Assembly: GCA_044229845.1 (NCBI GenBank) | Contig: JBGASG010000003.1 | Coordinates: forward strand, 454,518-518,517 | Reading direction: 5' to 3' | DNA length: 64,000 bases | Source: Candidatus Obscuribacteraceae bacterium | GTDB lineage: Bacteria; Cyanobacteriota; Vampirovibrionia; Obscuribacterales; Obscuribacteraceae | Translations under genes and position numbers: made by a program | Shown: in pieces, positions 10,143-21,025 of the stretch | How the letters are laid out: every line of letters begins with the position of its first letter | How positions within the stretch are numbered: position 1 is the stretch's first letter | Notes under the pieces: model-generated | The model's input: the letters and a program-made list of their open reading frames with translations, nothing else | Databases searched by the model: none | Told to the model about the DNA's origin: nothing

Positions 10143-11810
10143 ATGAAAATGTGCCCAGACTGTGGCTCAAAGTACGAGGACTCCTATGTGGAGTGCCCTC
10201 AGGATTCGCGCCAGCTCAAGGCCATCGAACTGGACCCCTGGATAGGCCAGCTGATCGCCGACCGCTACACCATTCAATCGGTGATTGGCAGCGGTGGCAT
10301 GGGTGTAGTCTACAAAGCAAAGAACGAGGTAAATGACCGTCCAGTCGCGATCAAGATGCTGCATCAGCATCTTGTGACCGATACTGATGCGATAAAACAG
10401 TTTCACCTGGAAGCCCAGGCGGTCTCCAAAGTTTCTCATCCGAACACTGTGCAACTCTGGGATTTCGGACTGACCGAATCGGGACAGCCGTATATCGTGA
10501 TGGATTATTTCGATGGGATCAATTTGCGCAAGTTGATCAAGTCGGAAGGCATACTCTCCATTGCGCGCGCCAATCATATTTTCGGGCAAGCGGCCGATGC
10601 GCTGGCGTTTGCTCACAATGCCGGTGTCGTTCATCGCGATCTCAAGCCTGAGAACATCATGATCGCCGCAGCCGAAGAAGACCGCGTAGCAGTGGTGGAC
10701 TTCGGTATCTCGTCCTTCGCTACAGCGCGCACCAAATACGATGGCGGGCCGGTAAGCGATATCGTCGGCAGTCCACCCTACATGAGTCCGGAACAGTGTC
10801 AGCTGGCTGGTGAAATAGACGAACGCAGCGACATTTATTCGATTGCCATTGTCCTCTATGAGGCGCTCAGCGGCAAACTGCCCTTCGCGGCCAAGAATGC
10901 ACTGGACATGCTTGACGCACACATTTCCAGGCAGCCATTGCCTTTGCGTGCAGCCCATCAAGGACTGGTTTCTTGCGAGGCGCTGAGTGAACTCTTAGCA
11001 AAGAGCCTGGATAAGAAACCTGAGAATCGTCCGCAAACGATGGAACAGTTTCGCGAGGGGCTGGCCGATGCAGTTCGCCGGGACATGATCCGTCTTAGCT
11101 CTCTCAAAAACCGAAAGAGCGAACTGGATGGCAGTTCTACCACATCACAGCAACGCATCGTTCCCCCTGCAGGCGCAGCCACGTCGGCTGGCGGTACGTC
11201 ACAAGGAGTGACAACAGCTTCTCAAACGGTCCCAGCCGATGCCACTCCGTCAGCTCTGGCACCAATAAAGGTGGCAGACATTGTTAGGTCAGATACGCTG
11301 GTGGATGCCGTGGCAGCGCTACCTCAGGACCAGTTGTTGACGACCGGCGCAGAAACGAAGCGAGTCGAAAAGAATTTCCTGGACAAGGTATTTGCTGCGA
11401 TTGGGCTTGGTTCCAGCCGCAAGGAAGAGAAGGGACCCCAATACGTTCTGTACAACTGTCCTCATTGCGGGGAGACAGTGGCACCCGACATTTCGTTCTG
11501 CCTGGAATGCGGTCGCAGTCTGGCTCAGACCCAGGACTTCGCTGCGATACGTGCGGCGCAAGGAACATTCACGTTGCCGAAAACTCAACATGTCGAGCCA
11601 GGACCAACCGGTTTCGATCGCAAAAAGAAAGCCCGCATGACCGTCCGTCTCTGGAACAGTCCGACCGCCATCATTGTCGGTATCAGCATCATCGCAGTGA
11701 CAGCGTTTGTGATGACAGGCGGCATGGAGACCGCTTCCAAGCAATTGAAGAAAATGCATCTGAAGCAGATTGTCGGTCCGGAACTGGCGAAGCAACTCAA
11801 CCTCAAGTAG
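10143..11810 (+). CDS. Hanks-type Ser/Thr protein kinase with N- and C-terminal zinc ribbons and C-terminal TM helix
   Basis: GSGGMGVVY, VAIK, HRDLKPEN, DFG, YMSPEQ; CPDC..CPQD and CPHC..CLEC. Confidence 0.93.
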   Translation: MKMCPDCGSKYEDSYVECPQDSRQLKAIELDPWIGQLIADRYTIQSVIGSGGMGVVYKAKNEVNDRPVAIKMLHQHLVTDTDAIKQFHLEAQAVSKVSHPNTVQLWDFGLTESGQPYIVMDYFDGINLRKLIKSEGILSIARANHIFGQAADALAFAHNAGVVHRDLKPENIMIAAAEEDRVAVVDFGISSFATARTKYDGGPVSDIVGSPPYMSPEQCQLAGEIDERSDIYSIAIVLYEALSGKLPFAAKNALDMLDAHISRQPLPLRAAHQGLVSCEALSELLAKSLDKKPENRPQTMEQFREGLADAVRRDMIRLSSLKNRKSELDGSSTTSQQRIVPPAGAATSAGGTSQGVTTASQTVPADATPSALAPIKVADIVRSDTLVDAVAALPQDQLLTTGAETKRVEKNFLDKVFAAIGLGSSRKEEKGPQYVLYNCPHCGETVAPDISFCLECGRSLAQTQDFAAIRAAQGTFTLPKTQHVEPGPTGFDRKKKARMTVRLWNSPTAIIVGISIIAVTAFVMTGGMETASKQLKKMHLKQIVGPELAKQLNLK

Positions 11811-11823
11811 CGCGTTCTCGACA

Positions 11824-11847
11824 AGCGCAATTCGATTGTTTTTCGCG
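11824..11847. repeat. 24-bp palindrome copy (degenerate left arm)
   Basis: AGCGCAATTC-GATT-GTTTTTCGCG. Confidence 0.7.
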
Positions 11848-11956
11848 CGTTTTCCACGCGTTGCTCACGTCGTCCTCCGATTAAGGACGCATTAAGGGGA
11901 GCCTGGACCCGACTCGTTCGTCTATATACTAGAACTAACCTAGAGGATGAAAACCC

Positions 11957-13348
11957 ATGCCTGACGGCACCTTGGCGGACGCAAATTTTCTACCGGCAAA
12001 ACCTCCAGCAAACTCCATTCTGGACTTCTCCGGTTCGCTCTCAGCGGGTCAGACCAGTCAGCTGGAGGGGGTCGCACACGCGCTGTCCTATCAGGCGAAA
12101 GTGGTCATCCTTCCTCAAAATTTCAATCCAACTGCTTTCGACCAATTCGCACGCGAGCTGGCGCAGCAGTGGCAGGTGCACGGCAACAGACTATTGATTG
12201 TCGTGGACCTGAAGGGTAAGCACATGCGCGCCCTCCCAGGCAAAACATTGCAGGCGAAAGGTGTTGATCAGAGTTTCCTCAACCAGCAAGTCTTTCCAAA
12301 CAGCTTTAAGCCATATGTTAAAGAGGGCGATGTCGCAGGAGCTATTCAGAATACGCTGCTCGCAATCAATACTCAGGTTCAATCGCAAGCACGCGTCGGG
12401 CAAACTGTTGAATCGCAAAGAGTGCCTGCCGATGCCTACGGTGGCGGCACTCGCATGACGCCCGCCAGCGGAGGAGATAACGGCTGGGGGGTGTTCGCGA
12501 TGCTGGCGTTGGTTCCCATTGCACTAACCGTGGTGTCGCTGGTGGCGATGCGCAAGAAAAGCGATTCAAACAGGTTGATGCGCAAGGAGTTGGAAGAGAA
12601 ATCCTCGGCACTTTATCAAATTGCCGATCAACTCGGGCAAGCAAGCGAATATTTGCCACGCGATAAACATCCAGAGTTGGCACAGAAAACGGCGGAATTT
12701 TTCAGCAAATTGAATGCCGTTGAGCAAGCAAAACGCGAGTTAGAGATGATGGAGCGTCAAGGCAAGACGAGGGAGGTTCGTGACGGGCTGCTCAAGATTC
12801 ATAAGGTCGTTGATCTTCTCAAGGCAGAAGGCAAAGAGCTGACTCCTCAGGTAAGTGCGCTCACGGGTGGCGTGCAGTCTTCATTTGCTCCAATTCAAGA
12901 AGACGCAGGCAGCATCATCAAAGTCTCCGAAACCGACAAACAACGGCAAGCGGACGAGGACTTTAAGCTCCGCATTGCTGCCAGACAGAATCAAGCTCAG
13001 GCGATGGGCAACCAACGTTACTACACTCCAACCTGGATGTCCGAGCCCATGTACGCACCGATGATGGTGAATCCGTTTGGCGGAGTGGGCGGCATGATGA
13101 CTATGGCGATGTTACTGAATCAGATGGATATGAACAGACGATTGAGTGATGTTGCTGCTCACCAGTACTATCAAGACCACTACAACCAAAACAACTGGGA
13201 CAACAACAATCAGAACGATGCCGGGTCTTGGGGCGGCGACGATGGCGGCTCCTGGGGTGGCGGAGATTCTGGCGGCGGAGACTGGGGTGGCGGCGGTGAT
13301 TTCGGCGGTGGGGCTGATTTCGGAGGCGGCGGGGGCGGCGACTGGTAG
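11957..13348 (+). CDS. TPM-domain (YgcG-like) membrane protein with Gly-rich tail
   Basis: N-terminal TPM-like pattern (ILDFSGSLS, FARELAQQW, LLIVVD), TM helix, GGGDFGGG tail. Confidence 0.7.
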   Translation: MPDGTLADANFLPAKPPANSILDFSGSLSAGQTSQLEGVAHALSYQAKVVILPQNFNPTAFDQFARELAQQWQVHGNRLLIVVDLKGKHMRALPGKTLQAKGVDQSFLNQQVFPNSFKPYVKEGDVAGAIQNTLLAINTQVQSQARVGQTVESQRVPADAYGGGTRMTPASGGDNGWGVFAMLALVPIALTVVSLVAMRKKSDSNRLMRKELEEKSSALYQIADQLGQASEYLPRDKHPELAQKTAEFFSKLNAVEQAKRELEMMERQGKTREVRDGLLKIHKVVDLLKAEGKELTPQVSALTGGVQSSFAPIQEDAGSIIKVSETDKQRQADEDFKLRIAARQNQAQAMGNQRYYTPTWMSEPMYAPMMVNPFGGVGGMMTMAMLLNQMDMNRRLSDVAAHQYYQDHYNQNNWDNNNQNDAGSWGGDDGGSWGGGDSGGGDWGGGGDFGGGADFGGGGGGDW

Positions 13349-13375
13349 CTGCCTATACGCAGCGCTCCGGCGACG

Positions 13376-13399
13376 TGCGAAAAACGTCGGTTTATCGTT
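13376..13399. repeat. 24-bp palindrome copy
   Basis: TGCGAAAAAC-GTCG-GTTTATCGTT. Confidence 0.75.
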
Positions 13400-13420
13400 A
13401 TCCTTCCCAATCGGCGTGAG

Positions 13421-13720
13421 CTAGCTGGGACGCCAGTTGCGTCCCATGCTCTGTCCGATGCGGAATCCCTGAATGAGATTAGTGCGAGTCAGTTGGTACA
13501 GTTCGTTGAGAGCAGACGCGTCTTCGATACCGTATTTGGTGGCGATGGCATTGACCTGTTGCATGGCGACGGCGGAAAAATATACGAAAACTTCGTCACG
13601 CACTTCGCCACGACCCTGGTTGGGAAGCCGAAGAATGGCTTTTCCAAAGTCGTTGTTTACAGCGTCAACAATCTGCGCTTCCAACATATCTTCATAAATG
13701 GAATCTATTTTGCGTCCCAT
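13421..13720 (-). CDS. hypothetical protein
   Basis: 99-aa ORF with GAGG RBS, co-oriented with udg. Confidence 0.7.
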   Translation of the reverse strand: MGRKIDSIYEDMLEAQIVDAVNNDFGKAILRLPNQGRGEVRDEVFVYFSAVAMQQVNAIATKYGIEDASALNELYQLTRTNLIQGFRIGQSMGRNWRPS

Positions 13721-13760
13721 GTTAACTGTGCCTCAGAATTCTCTGCCTGAAAGAAAGTGT

Positions 13761-14402
13761 TTATTCGAGAGCATCGAGCGCATTGCGAACTTCCTTGATG
13801 TCTTGCCACATCAGCCACTTCGGGCTTCCGACTTCTTTGGAATCGTTGCGCAATAAATACGAGGGATGAAATACGGGCATAACTCTAGCACCGTTTCTAT
13901 ACTCAAGCCATTTCCCTCTGATCTTACTGATAGGATCCTTTACGCGCAGTACACCCTGCACTGCGGTGGCACCGGCAAGCAGAATTATTCTCGGACGCAC
14001 AAAGTCGATCTGCGCTTCCAGATAGGGGCGGCAAGCGGCCGCTTCAATCGGAGTCGGAACCCGATTGCCTGGCGGACGGCACTTCACGATATTGCAGATA
14101 TAAGTCTCGGTCTTGCGGTCGATGTTTCCTGCTTCGAGGATCTTCGAAAGCAACTGCCCAGCTCGCCCTACAAATGGCACGCCCTGCTCGTCTTCTTGCT
14201 GCCCGGGGCCTTCACCGATGATCATTAGCTTGGCTTTAGGATTACCATCAAAGAAGACAACGCTATTGCGAGTGGTGCACAATCCGCATTTCTGGCACTG
14301 CATGGCGGCAGCTTGCGCTTCCTCAAGCGTAGAATAGAGTTGCAGCGCCTGCTGTTCCGGCTCTGCAGGCTTTTTCACCACAGTAGAATTCGGTTGTTGC
14401 AT
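13761..14402 (-). CDS. family 4 uracil-DNA glycosylase (4Fe-4S)
   Basis: CQKCGLC, IGEGPG, PFVGRAG, NIVKCRPP, FHPSYLLR. Confidence 0.95.
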   Translation of the reverse strand: MQQPNSTVVKKPAEPEQQALQLYSTLEEAQAAAMQCQKCGLCTTRNSVVFFDGNPKAKLMIIGEGPGQQEDEQGVPFVGRAGQLLSKILEAGNIDRKTETYICNIVKCRPPGNRVPTPIEAAACRPYLEAQIDFVRPRIILLAGATAVQGVLRVKDPISKIRGKWLEYRNGARVMPVFHPSYLLRNDSKEVGSPKWLMWQDIKEVRNALDALE

Positions 14403-14578
14403 TGCTAATTTCTCGCCTCAAGTGTTGTTTCGGGTTGGACATGCTCTTTCGACATGCAACCCATATACAATTCGCAGTACAACGCGCATAGGATGCGGCT
14501 TTCAGCCCTGCCGGAAAATCCTAGCACGCGCGCATCAGCGGCTGCCTTAAGTGCTGCCGGAACAGAGAGACCATACAC

Positions 14579-14602
14579 AGAGAAGAACTGATGTTTTTCG
14601 CG
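14579..14602. repeat. 24-bp palindrome copy
   Basis: AGAGAAGAAC-TGAT-GTTTTTCGCG. Confidence 0.8.
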
Positions 14603-14609
14603 TGTTTGT

Positions 14610-15590
14610 TTAACCAGTAATCGACGAGCGGCGCTCAGCCGTTTCTCCAAGCTGGACGCTGGGCAGCACTACGACATTGGTCACCGCCGGCTCGCTTGCC
14701 GCATTGCGGGCGACCATAGCGCAGTCGTATGCCACGGACAGGTCATCTAGACTGACACCAGATACAGTGCTGCCGGCTAGCAGTCTTTGGGTGCCGATGC
14801 CCAGGCAAGTCGCGGCCGCTTCTGTAAATGAGTGCGTGTCACCGGTTACGAACAGCTTCTTGTGCTGAGCCGGTGCCGGCGTGAAGTTATCGTATCCAGC
14901 GTCCACGTGCAGCCTGGAATCTAATTCAGCAAGCAGCATACGAGCAGGGTCGACCAGTTCGATTGAAGCCGGCAACAGATCTGAGAGCGCATTTTGCAGG
15001 AATGGGAAGTGCGTGCAGCCAAGCACGACCGCTTCTACGGAGTCTTTGCGCAGCTGATTGGCATACCTGGAGAGAACGTGCGCAGTCTGCTCACCTTCGA
15101 TGAAGCCGGATTCGACCAGCGGCACCAGGTCCGGACAGGCAATCTCTATGACCTCTACAGAAGGATTGAGCGCTCGCACCGCACGCGAAAAAGCTCGGCT
15201 TTTGATAGTCGAATAGGTAGCCAGGACGCCGACTTTCTTGTATCGGTTCGCCAGATAACGCGCGGTCGGAAAAATCAGGTTATGCACCGGAACCGGTGAC
15301 ACTCGCTTGGCGTGATCGAGAGACAGGGCGGCGCTGGTATTACAGGCCATGACGATGTGGTCAGCCTGGTGCATGAGCAACCAGCCAATTATCTCTTCGA
15401 CAAATTGATCCACCTCGCGGGCATCTCGATTGCCGTAGGGACAGCGCGCAGTGTCGCCGACATATACGAAGCGATACTGCCTGCCATCAGCAGTGGGAGG
15501 CAGCTTCTCCAACTGGCGCAGTACCGAAAGTCCGCCAACGCCGGAATCGAAAAGTCCAATAGTAATGGTGTCGCTGTCGCGCACGGGCAA
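14610..15590 (-). CDS. murI: glutamate racemase
   Basis: FDSGVGGLSV, ACNTS, LGCTHF. Confidence 0.97.
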   Translation of the reverse strand: MPVRDSDTITIGLFDSGVGGLSVLRQLEKLPPTADGRQYRFVYVGDTARCPYGNRDAREVDQFVEEIIGWLLMHQADHIVMACNTSAALSLDHAKRVSPVPVHNLIFPTARYLANRYKKVGVLATYSTIKSRAFSRAVRALNPSVEVIEIACPDLVPLVESGFIEGEQTAHVLSRYANQLRKDSVEAVVLGCTHFPFLQNALSDLLPASIELVDPARMLLAELDSRLHVDAGYDNFTPAPAQHKKLFVTGDTHSFTEAAATCLGIGTQRLLAGSTVSGVSLDDLSVAYDCAMVARNAASEPAVTNVVVLPSVQLGETAERRSSITG

Positions 15591-15626
15591 AATAGAGACT
15601 CCTGAGAACTTATTCCTTTAGTGGAT

Positions 15627-18149
15627 CTACCTACTACGGTTCGATCTTAGCGAGCGGTGAGCAATTGCGATACGTTTGTTTGATTTTTTCGCTTTGCGTC
15701 TATTCATCGCGATCTTCGTAGGTTTTTCGCGTCCTGCCGGCTTTTTCGCGTGCAAAATTTGCGTAAAACGTTTTCCCTTTTTGGACTGGGACGCCGCCTG
15801 GGAGGTTCGTGTTCCGCTTGCGTCTGCCGTCTGAGAACTGCGCGCCGCCTGTTTTACCGAACTCATGCCGGCGGCCGTAGCCGAAGCAATACTGGCGCCT
15901 GGATTGGTTCCATGCGTTGCAACGTAGACGATAACACCCTGGGCCAAAGCTTCGGCAATCTTTTGCTGATAATCAGATGAGATTAATTTGTCTCTCTCAT
16001 CCTTATTGGAGATGAATCCCACTTCAGCGAGGATAGCCGGGTAAGGCGTGTGATTAACGACATAAAATCGCGCCGTGCGAACGTTGCGGTCAGGCACTGC
16101 CAGTTTGCCGACCAGGGACGAATGAATCGATTCTGCGAGCGGCCTGCTTTGTGGGTGCAAATAATATGTTTCTATGCCGGTTATCGAATTGTTGCTTTCC
16201 AGCGAGTTGATGTGAACGCTGACGAAGGCACTGGGGGCCGTTTCATTGGTGATTCGCACCCGCTCTTCCAGAGAAACGAATGTGTCATCAGAGCGCGTCA
16301 TCACGACTCGGGCGCCCTGCCTGCGTAGGAGCTTTCTGAGTTTTTCGCAAATCGCCAAAGTGATTTCCTTCTCCTGGATGTCACCGCGCTGAGCCCCTGG
16401 ATCGGTGCCCCCGTGACCGGCATCGATAACAATGACGCTGCCGCCGGGCAGATGGGCAGCCGGATTGAAGGCTGTAGGCATTTCTTTCGCTATATCGATA
16501 ATCAGCAAACCGTTCTCATCGCATCGCTCGCAAACCTGTATGTCTTCGCTGTTCAAATCCAGGACGATGCGTCCACAAGCGCCATCAGGGCTGCCCAGTC
16601 GAATTGTTTTGACGAAGGCATTTTCAGGGATCTCGGGCATGGTGGCACTGGACAGGTCCGCAGCGCTTTCTATATCTATGACATGGCGCTCCGGATCATG
16701 TAAGCGGAAAGTCTTCGTTTTTGGCAGTTTGCCGGACGACGACGAAACCGCCAAGCGCAAAGGAACAACGCTCACCACCTTTATCTCGGAAGAAGAGACT
16801 ATGTCAGGCGCTTGATCCGCAATATTTGCGCCTTCTTCCTCACTGACGACCTTTTCCTGAGCGGAAAGAGCGACCGATGGCGGTGGTGGTGGCGGTAAAA
16901 AGTCAGATTTCGCGCCATTACCGGCCAACGCCTTTGGCATAGTCAAGGCACCGCGTGCAGTACCGCCGCTGATCTGAGCGCCTCCGGTTCGCATATTTGG
17001 TGCGCTCTGAGGAAACTTGGAAGCGGAGCTAATCTGAACCGTCTTCTTGACGCTGGACAATCCAGGCAACATTGGCGGGTCAGCCTCTGCTACAACTTCG
17101 ACGACCTCGGTCTCGAGTTGAGGTTTTTCAATCTTGGCAGATCTGCGTTTGTCAGCGGGAGCCGTGGAGAGCGCCGGACTGGCAGCAGTCGGCGGCACCG
17201 TTGAGGAAGAATTGGTCGCGGTGCCTTTGCGCGAACCAGGCGATACGGACGAAGCTGAGGGGGGAACCGACGGAGCCACATGAACCAGGGACGGTGAGGC
17301 GGACGCAGGCTCGGCAATTGGTCCGCGCAGTACTGGTTTGTTTGGATCGACCAGCTTTTTCACTTCGACTTTCGCCTGACCGGCGGCCGCAGTAGTGATC
17401 CGGGACACACTGGCCGCTTGTGGCGCCGGCGCGGGCAGTGCCTGACCGTCGACCTGAAGGTCCAACAGCAGTCCACCGGAAGGCATAGGAGGCAAACTGG
17501 ATCTGTTGTTTCCAGTCGTCACGCTCGCAGTTCGCTGGACAGGAACCGTCGGTATCGAACCATTAGCCACTGAGGCACGCTGCGGCGCAAAGCGGGGTAT
17601 CGTCGACGTCGAGGACATGGTCGGCGGAGCGGCGGCGATCGCGCCGACGGGAGTCAATCTCGGAACCATGCCGTTGCCAGTATCAAAGCCGGCGGAGGGG
17701 AGCTTTACAGTCAGAGTTCCAGATGACGATGATGCGAATTCGACTCTCTTGAAAACGCGCATCGATGGCGCGGATAAAACTAGACGAAATATTGCGGGTC
17801 GGTCCTGAACTTGGGCGATGCGCACTTTCTGAATGCCGCCGCCGGTCGGGTAGATGATTCGCGACGCCTGACCAAAATTGAGACCAACGAAGTCAGCAAC
17901 CATGACAGCTTCGCCATTGTCGCCCGGGTAGAACCGCACCGCTGGCGGCGGCAATGCTGATTGCCCGCTGGTATTTATGATCAACGCCGATGGGCTCTCG
18001 ACGACCGACGTTACCTCTCGGTCGCGTACTCCTGTCGTTTTTCGCCCGCTATATGATGACGCTGACTGAGCCATTGCATGCGGTGCAACGGATAGCCACG
18101 ATATTAAAAACAGAGCGGTTAGCGCTAGGGGGCGGACATACCGCCTCAT
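15627..18149 (-). CDS. N-acetylmuramoyl-L-alanine amidase (AMIN domains + Amidase_3) with long low-complexity linker and basic tail
   Basis: Signal peptide; IDAGHGGTDPGA, EKEITL, SVHIN, LAEVGFISN. Confidence 0.92.
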   Translation of the reverse strand: MRRYVRPLALTALFLISWLSVAPHAMAQSASSYSGRKTTGVRDREVTSVVESPSALIINTSGQSALPPPAVRFYPGDNGEAVMVADFVGLNFGQASRIIYPTGGGIQKVRIAQVQDRPAIFRLVLSAPSMRVFKRVEFASSSSGTLTVKLPSAGFDTGNGMVPRLTPVGAIAAAPPTMSSTSTIPRFAPQRASVANGSIPTVPVQRTASVTTGNNRSSLPPMPSGGLLLDLQVDGQALPAPAPQAASVSRITTAAAGQAKVEVKKLVDPNKPVLRGPIAEPASASPSLVHVAPSVPPSASSVSPGSRKGTATNSSSTVPPTAASPALSTAPADKRRSAKIEKPQLETEVVEVVAEADPPMLPGLSSVKKTVQISSASKFPQSAPNMRTGGAQISGGTARGALTMPKALAGNGAKSDFLPPPPPPSVALSAQEKVVSEEEGANIADQAPDIVSSSEIKVVSVVPLRLAVSSSSGKLPKTKTFRLHDPERHVIDIESAADLSSATMPEIPENAFVKTIRLGSPDGACGRIVLDLNSEDIQVCERCDENGLLIIDIAKEMPTAFNPAAHLPGGSVIVIDAGHGGTDPGAQRGDIQEKEITLAICEKLRKLLRRQGARVVMTRSDDTFVSLEERVRITNETAPSAFVSVHINSLESNNSITGIETYYLHPQSRPLAESIHSSLVGKLAVPDRNVRTARFYVVNHTPYPAILAEVGFISNKDERDKLISSDYQQKIAEALAQGVIVYVATHGTNPGASIASATAAGMSSVKQAARSSQTADASGTRTSQAASQSKKGKRFTQILHAKKPAGREKPTKIAMNRRKAKKSNKRIAIAHRSLRSNRSR
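15708..15731. repeat. 24-bp palindrome copy inside amidase 3' end
   Basis: CGCGATCTTC-GTAG-GTTTTTCGCG. Confidence 0.65.
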
Positions 18150-18406
18150 GAGGCCACCTTAACCTTTCTAGCTGGGGCAATCATAACACGCGAAACCAAG
18201 AGGCTGTAGTCAGAATATTGGTGTCATTCTTGATAACGTGCCACCGCCGGTAGAGCTAGCTTAAATTTGCTCTGCGGCAGCATAAATGGAATATCTGATA
18301 CCCTCATGGTTGCTGGGGCGTGGGCGCAGAGCTGAATGCGCGCAGAACTGCGGCGCCTTGCCGTACACCACACCAAACTTACTAAGTTGCATAAGGGAGT
18401 TGTTCG

Positions 18407-20542
18407 ATGAGTACTGCGCTTTTGGATTACGGTCCGATTCTCGCGGCCTTCGCTGCCATCGTCTATGGATTGGGCGTCGGCGGGTGGGTCCTCAAGCTCA
18501 GTCCCGGCAACGAACGGATGCAGCAAATTGCCGGCGCCATACAAGAGGGCGCAGCCGCTTATATGAACCGCCAGTACACGACGATCGCCATGGTCGGTGT
18601 GGCACTGTTCGTGATTATCGGACTGGCACTCAACTGGCTGACCGCGCTGGGATTCGCAGTGGGAGCTATCTTGAGCGGCGCCGCTGGTTTCCTTGGCATG
18701 TTCGTCTCGGTGAGAGCAAACGTGCGTACGGCGGAAGCAGCACGCAAAGGTCTGGGCAGCGCGCTTGATGTCGCCTTCAAAGGCGGCGCGGTGACAGGAC
18801 TTCTGGTGGTCGGACTGGGACTTTTGGGAGTTGCCGGGTTCTATCTATTTACCGGCACTGACATGGCGAAGAGCATGTTCCATATTGAAGGCGTTGAGCA
18901 ACGAGTGGCGGCGCTGGTCGGACTCGGTTTCGGCGCCAGTCTCATTTCGGTGTTCGCCCGTCTCGGTGGTGGCATCTACACCAAAGCCGCAGACGTCGGC
19001 GCTGACCTCGTAGGAAAAGTCGAAGCCGGCATTCCGGAAGACGACCCGCGAAATCCGGCAGTTATTGCGGACAACGTGGGCGATAACGTCGGCGACTGCG
19101 CCGGCATGGCTGCCGACCTATTCGAGACCTACGCGGTTACCGCAATTGCAACTATGTTGATTGCGTCCATTACGTTCCACGAGCAGATCGCTGCCGGCAA
19201 TCACAACGCCGTCCTTTATCCGCTCGCGCTGGGAGCAATCTCGATCATTGCCTCAATCATCGGAACATTCGCCGTTCGCCTCGGTATCGGATTTGGTGCC
19301 AAGAACAACATTATGGGTTCTATGTACAACGGACTACTAGTTGCTGGTCTTCTGGCTGCCGGTGGTTTCTATTGGATTACCTCGCAGATGATGCGCGGCA
19401 TGGGCGAACATGGCTACCCCACTTATTTCTGGGCATCGATGGTGGGTCTGGTTGTGACCGGATTGCTGGTCATGATCACCGAGTACTACACATCTACTGA
19501 ATACGCGCCTGTCAAATCGATCGCCAAAGCGTCGGAGACAGGACATGCAACCAACATCATCGCCGGTCTGGCTGTTTCGATGCGGGCAACCGCCGCGCCA
19601 GTGCTGGTGATTATCGCGGGTATCTTGGTTTCCTTCAGCTTGTGCGGTGTGTTCGGAGTAGCCCTGGCTGCGATGTCTATGCTCAGCATGGCAGGAATCA
19701 TCGTCGCTATTGACTCCTACGGACCGATCACGGATAACGCCGGCGGCATCGCCGAAATGAGCGAATTACCTAAAGAAGTCAGAAACATCACAGACCCTCT
19801 GGATGCCGTCGGCAACACGACCAAGGCGGTAACAAAAGGCTACGCTATCGGCTCAGCCGGACTGGCAGCCATCGTTCTGTTCGCCTCCTACGTTCAAGAT
19901 TTGAAGGCCAGCGCAGTCAAAGCTGGACTGGACACAGCTAACTTAAACTTCGACCTATCCAGCCCATACGTCCTGTGTGGACTGTTTCTGGGCGGACTGA
20001 TTCCGTACCTGTTTGGCGCGCTGGCTATGGAAGCCGTCGGCGCCACCGGTGGTCTGGTTGTGGAAGAAGTGCGCCGACAGTTCAAGGCCATTCCGGGCAT
20101 TATGGAAGGCACAGCCAAACCTGAGTACGGCTCCTGCGTCGACATCGTCACCAAAGCCGCGCTGCGATATATGATTTTGCCGGCGTTGTTACCGGTGCTC
20201 ACTCCGGTAGTGATTGCCCTTGTCGGCACCCTCTGGCTGAACCACGCGTTGCCCGGGCAGTTCGCCGCAGCAAAAATGCTCGGTGGGGTCCTGGTCGGCA
20301 GCATCGTGACCGGGCTCTTCGTAGCAGTGTCCATGACCTCCGGCGGCGGTGCGTGGGACAACGCCAAGAAATACATCGAGGAAGGTCACCATGGCGGCAA
20401 AGGCTCAGAAGCACACAAAGCTGCCGTCACGGGCGATACCGTCGGCGATCCTTACAAGGACACTGCAGGACCGGCCATCAATCCGATGATCAAAATTCTG
20501 AACATCGTCGCGCTACTGATCATTGGCTTCCTGGTGAAGTAA
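18407..20542 (+). CDS. hppA: membrane H+-translocating pyrophosphatase, K+-independent type
   Basis: [26 protein letters not shown] (Lys diagnostic of K+-independence), [10 protein letters not shown]. Confidence 0.96.
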   Translation: MSTALLDYGPILAAFAAIVYGLGVGGWVLKLSPGNERMQQIAGAIQEGAAAYMNRQYTTIAMVGVALFVIIGLALNWLTALGFAVGAILSGAAGFLGMFVSVRANVRTAEAARKGLGSALDVAFKGGAVTGLLVVGLGLLGVAGFYLFTGTDMAKSMFHIEGVEQRVAALVGLGFGASLISVFARLGGGIYTKAADVGADLVGKVEAGIPEDDPRNPAVIADNVGDNVGDCAGMAADLFETYAVTAIATMLIASITFHEQIAAGNHNAVLYPLALGAISIIASIIGTFAVRLGIGFGAKNNIMGSMYNGLLVAGLLAAGGFYWITSQMMRGMGEHGYPTYFWASMVGLVVTGLLVMITEYYTSTEYAPVKSIAKASETGHATNIIAGLAVSMRATAAPVLVIIAGILVSFSLCGVFGVALAAMSMLSMAGIIVAIDSYGPITDNAGGIAEMSELPKEVRNITDPLDAVGNTTKAVTKGYAIGSAGLAAIVLFASYVQDLKASAVKAGLDTANLNFDLSSPYVLCGLFLGGLIPYLFGALAMEAVGATGGLVVEEVRRQFKAIPGIMEGTAKPEYGSCVDIVTKAALRYMILPALLPVLTPVVIALVGTLWLNHALPGQFAAAKMLGGVLVGSIVTGLFVAVSMTSGGGAWDNAKKYIEEGHHGGKGSEAHKAAVTGDTVGDPYKDTAGPAINPMIKILNIVALLIIGFLVK

Positions 20543-20545
20543 CCC

Positions 20546-21025
20546 ATGCAGATCCGCGCTGGCAACAGGCAGGACGAAGACAAGATTCGCACGATTATTT
20601 TCAACGCCATGAAAGAGTGCGGTCTTGAGCCTGAGCCGGAAGGACGCGAGGACGACCTGAAAAACATCGAAGCCGGCTACTTCTGGCACGACGGTATTTT
20701 TGTCGTTGCCGAGCGAGAAGGAGAAATCATCGGCGTCGCCGGTGGCCGCAGAAATCCCGACACCGAGGGCGATGCGGAACTGGAATTGATCAGGCTTGCC
20801 GTTCTTCCATCAGAAAGAAAGCATAACGTGGCTCGCCAGCTGCTGGACACGATTATGTTCTTCGCCGGCAATTCAGAATATGAGCGGGTGATTCTGCGGA
20901 CAAAAGCGAAGGTCATACCCGGAGTACTGGAGAAACTCGGATTCAATGTAGACAAAAGCCGCGCCGGCGATGCGGTGCCTGTATATACTCAACCGGTCGC
21001 AGCGCGCGCCAGTTGCCGGAAGTAG
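20546..21025 (+). CDS. GNAT family N-acetyltransferase
   Basis: FVVAEREGEIIG, ELIRLAVLPSERKHNVARQLL, KLGF. Confidence 0.8.
   Translation: MQIRAGNRQDEDKIRTIIFNAMKECGLEPEPEGREDDLKNIEAGYFWHDGIFVVAEREGEIIGVAGGRRNPDTEGDAELELIRLAVLPSERKHNVARQLLDTIMFFAGNSEYERVILRTKAKVIPGVLEKLGFNVDKSRAGDAVPVYTQPVAARASCRK

Noticed and set aside
18186..18197. Half-sites ACACGCGAAACC (18186) and CTTTTCGCG (about 4065)
   Set aside because: No second arm at the 12-bp spacing, so they were not counted as full copies.
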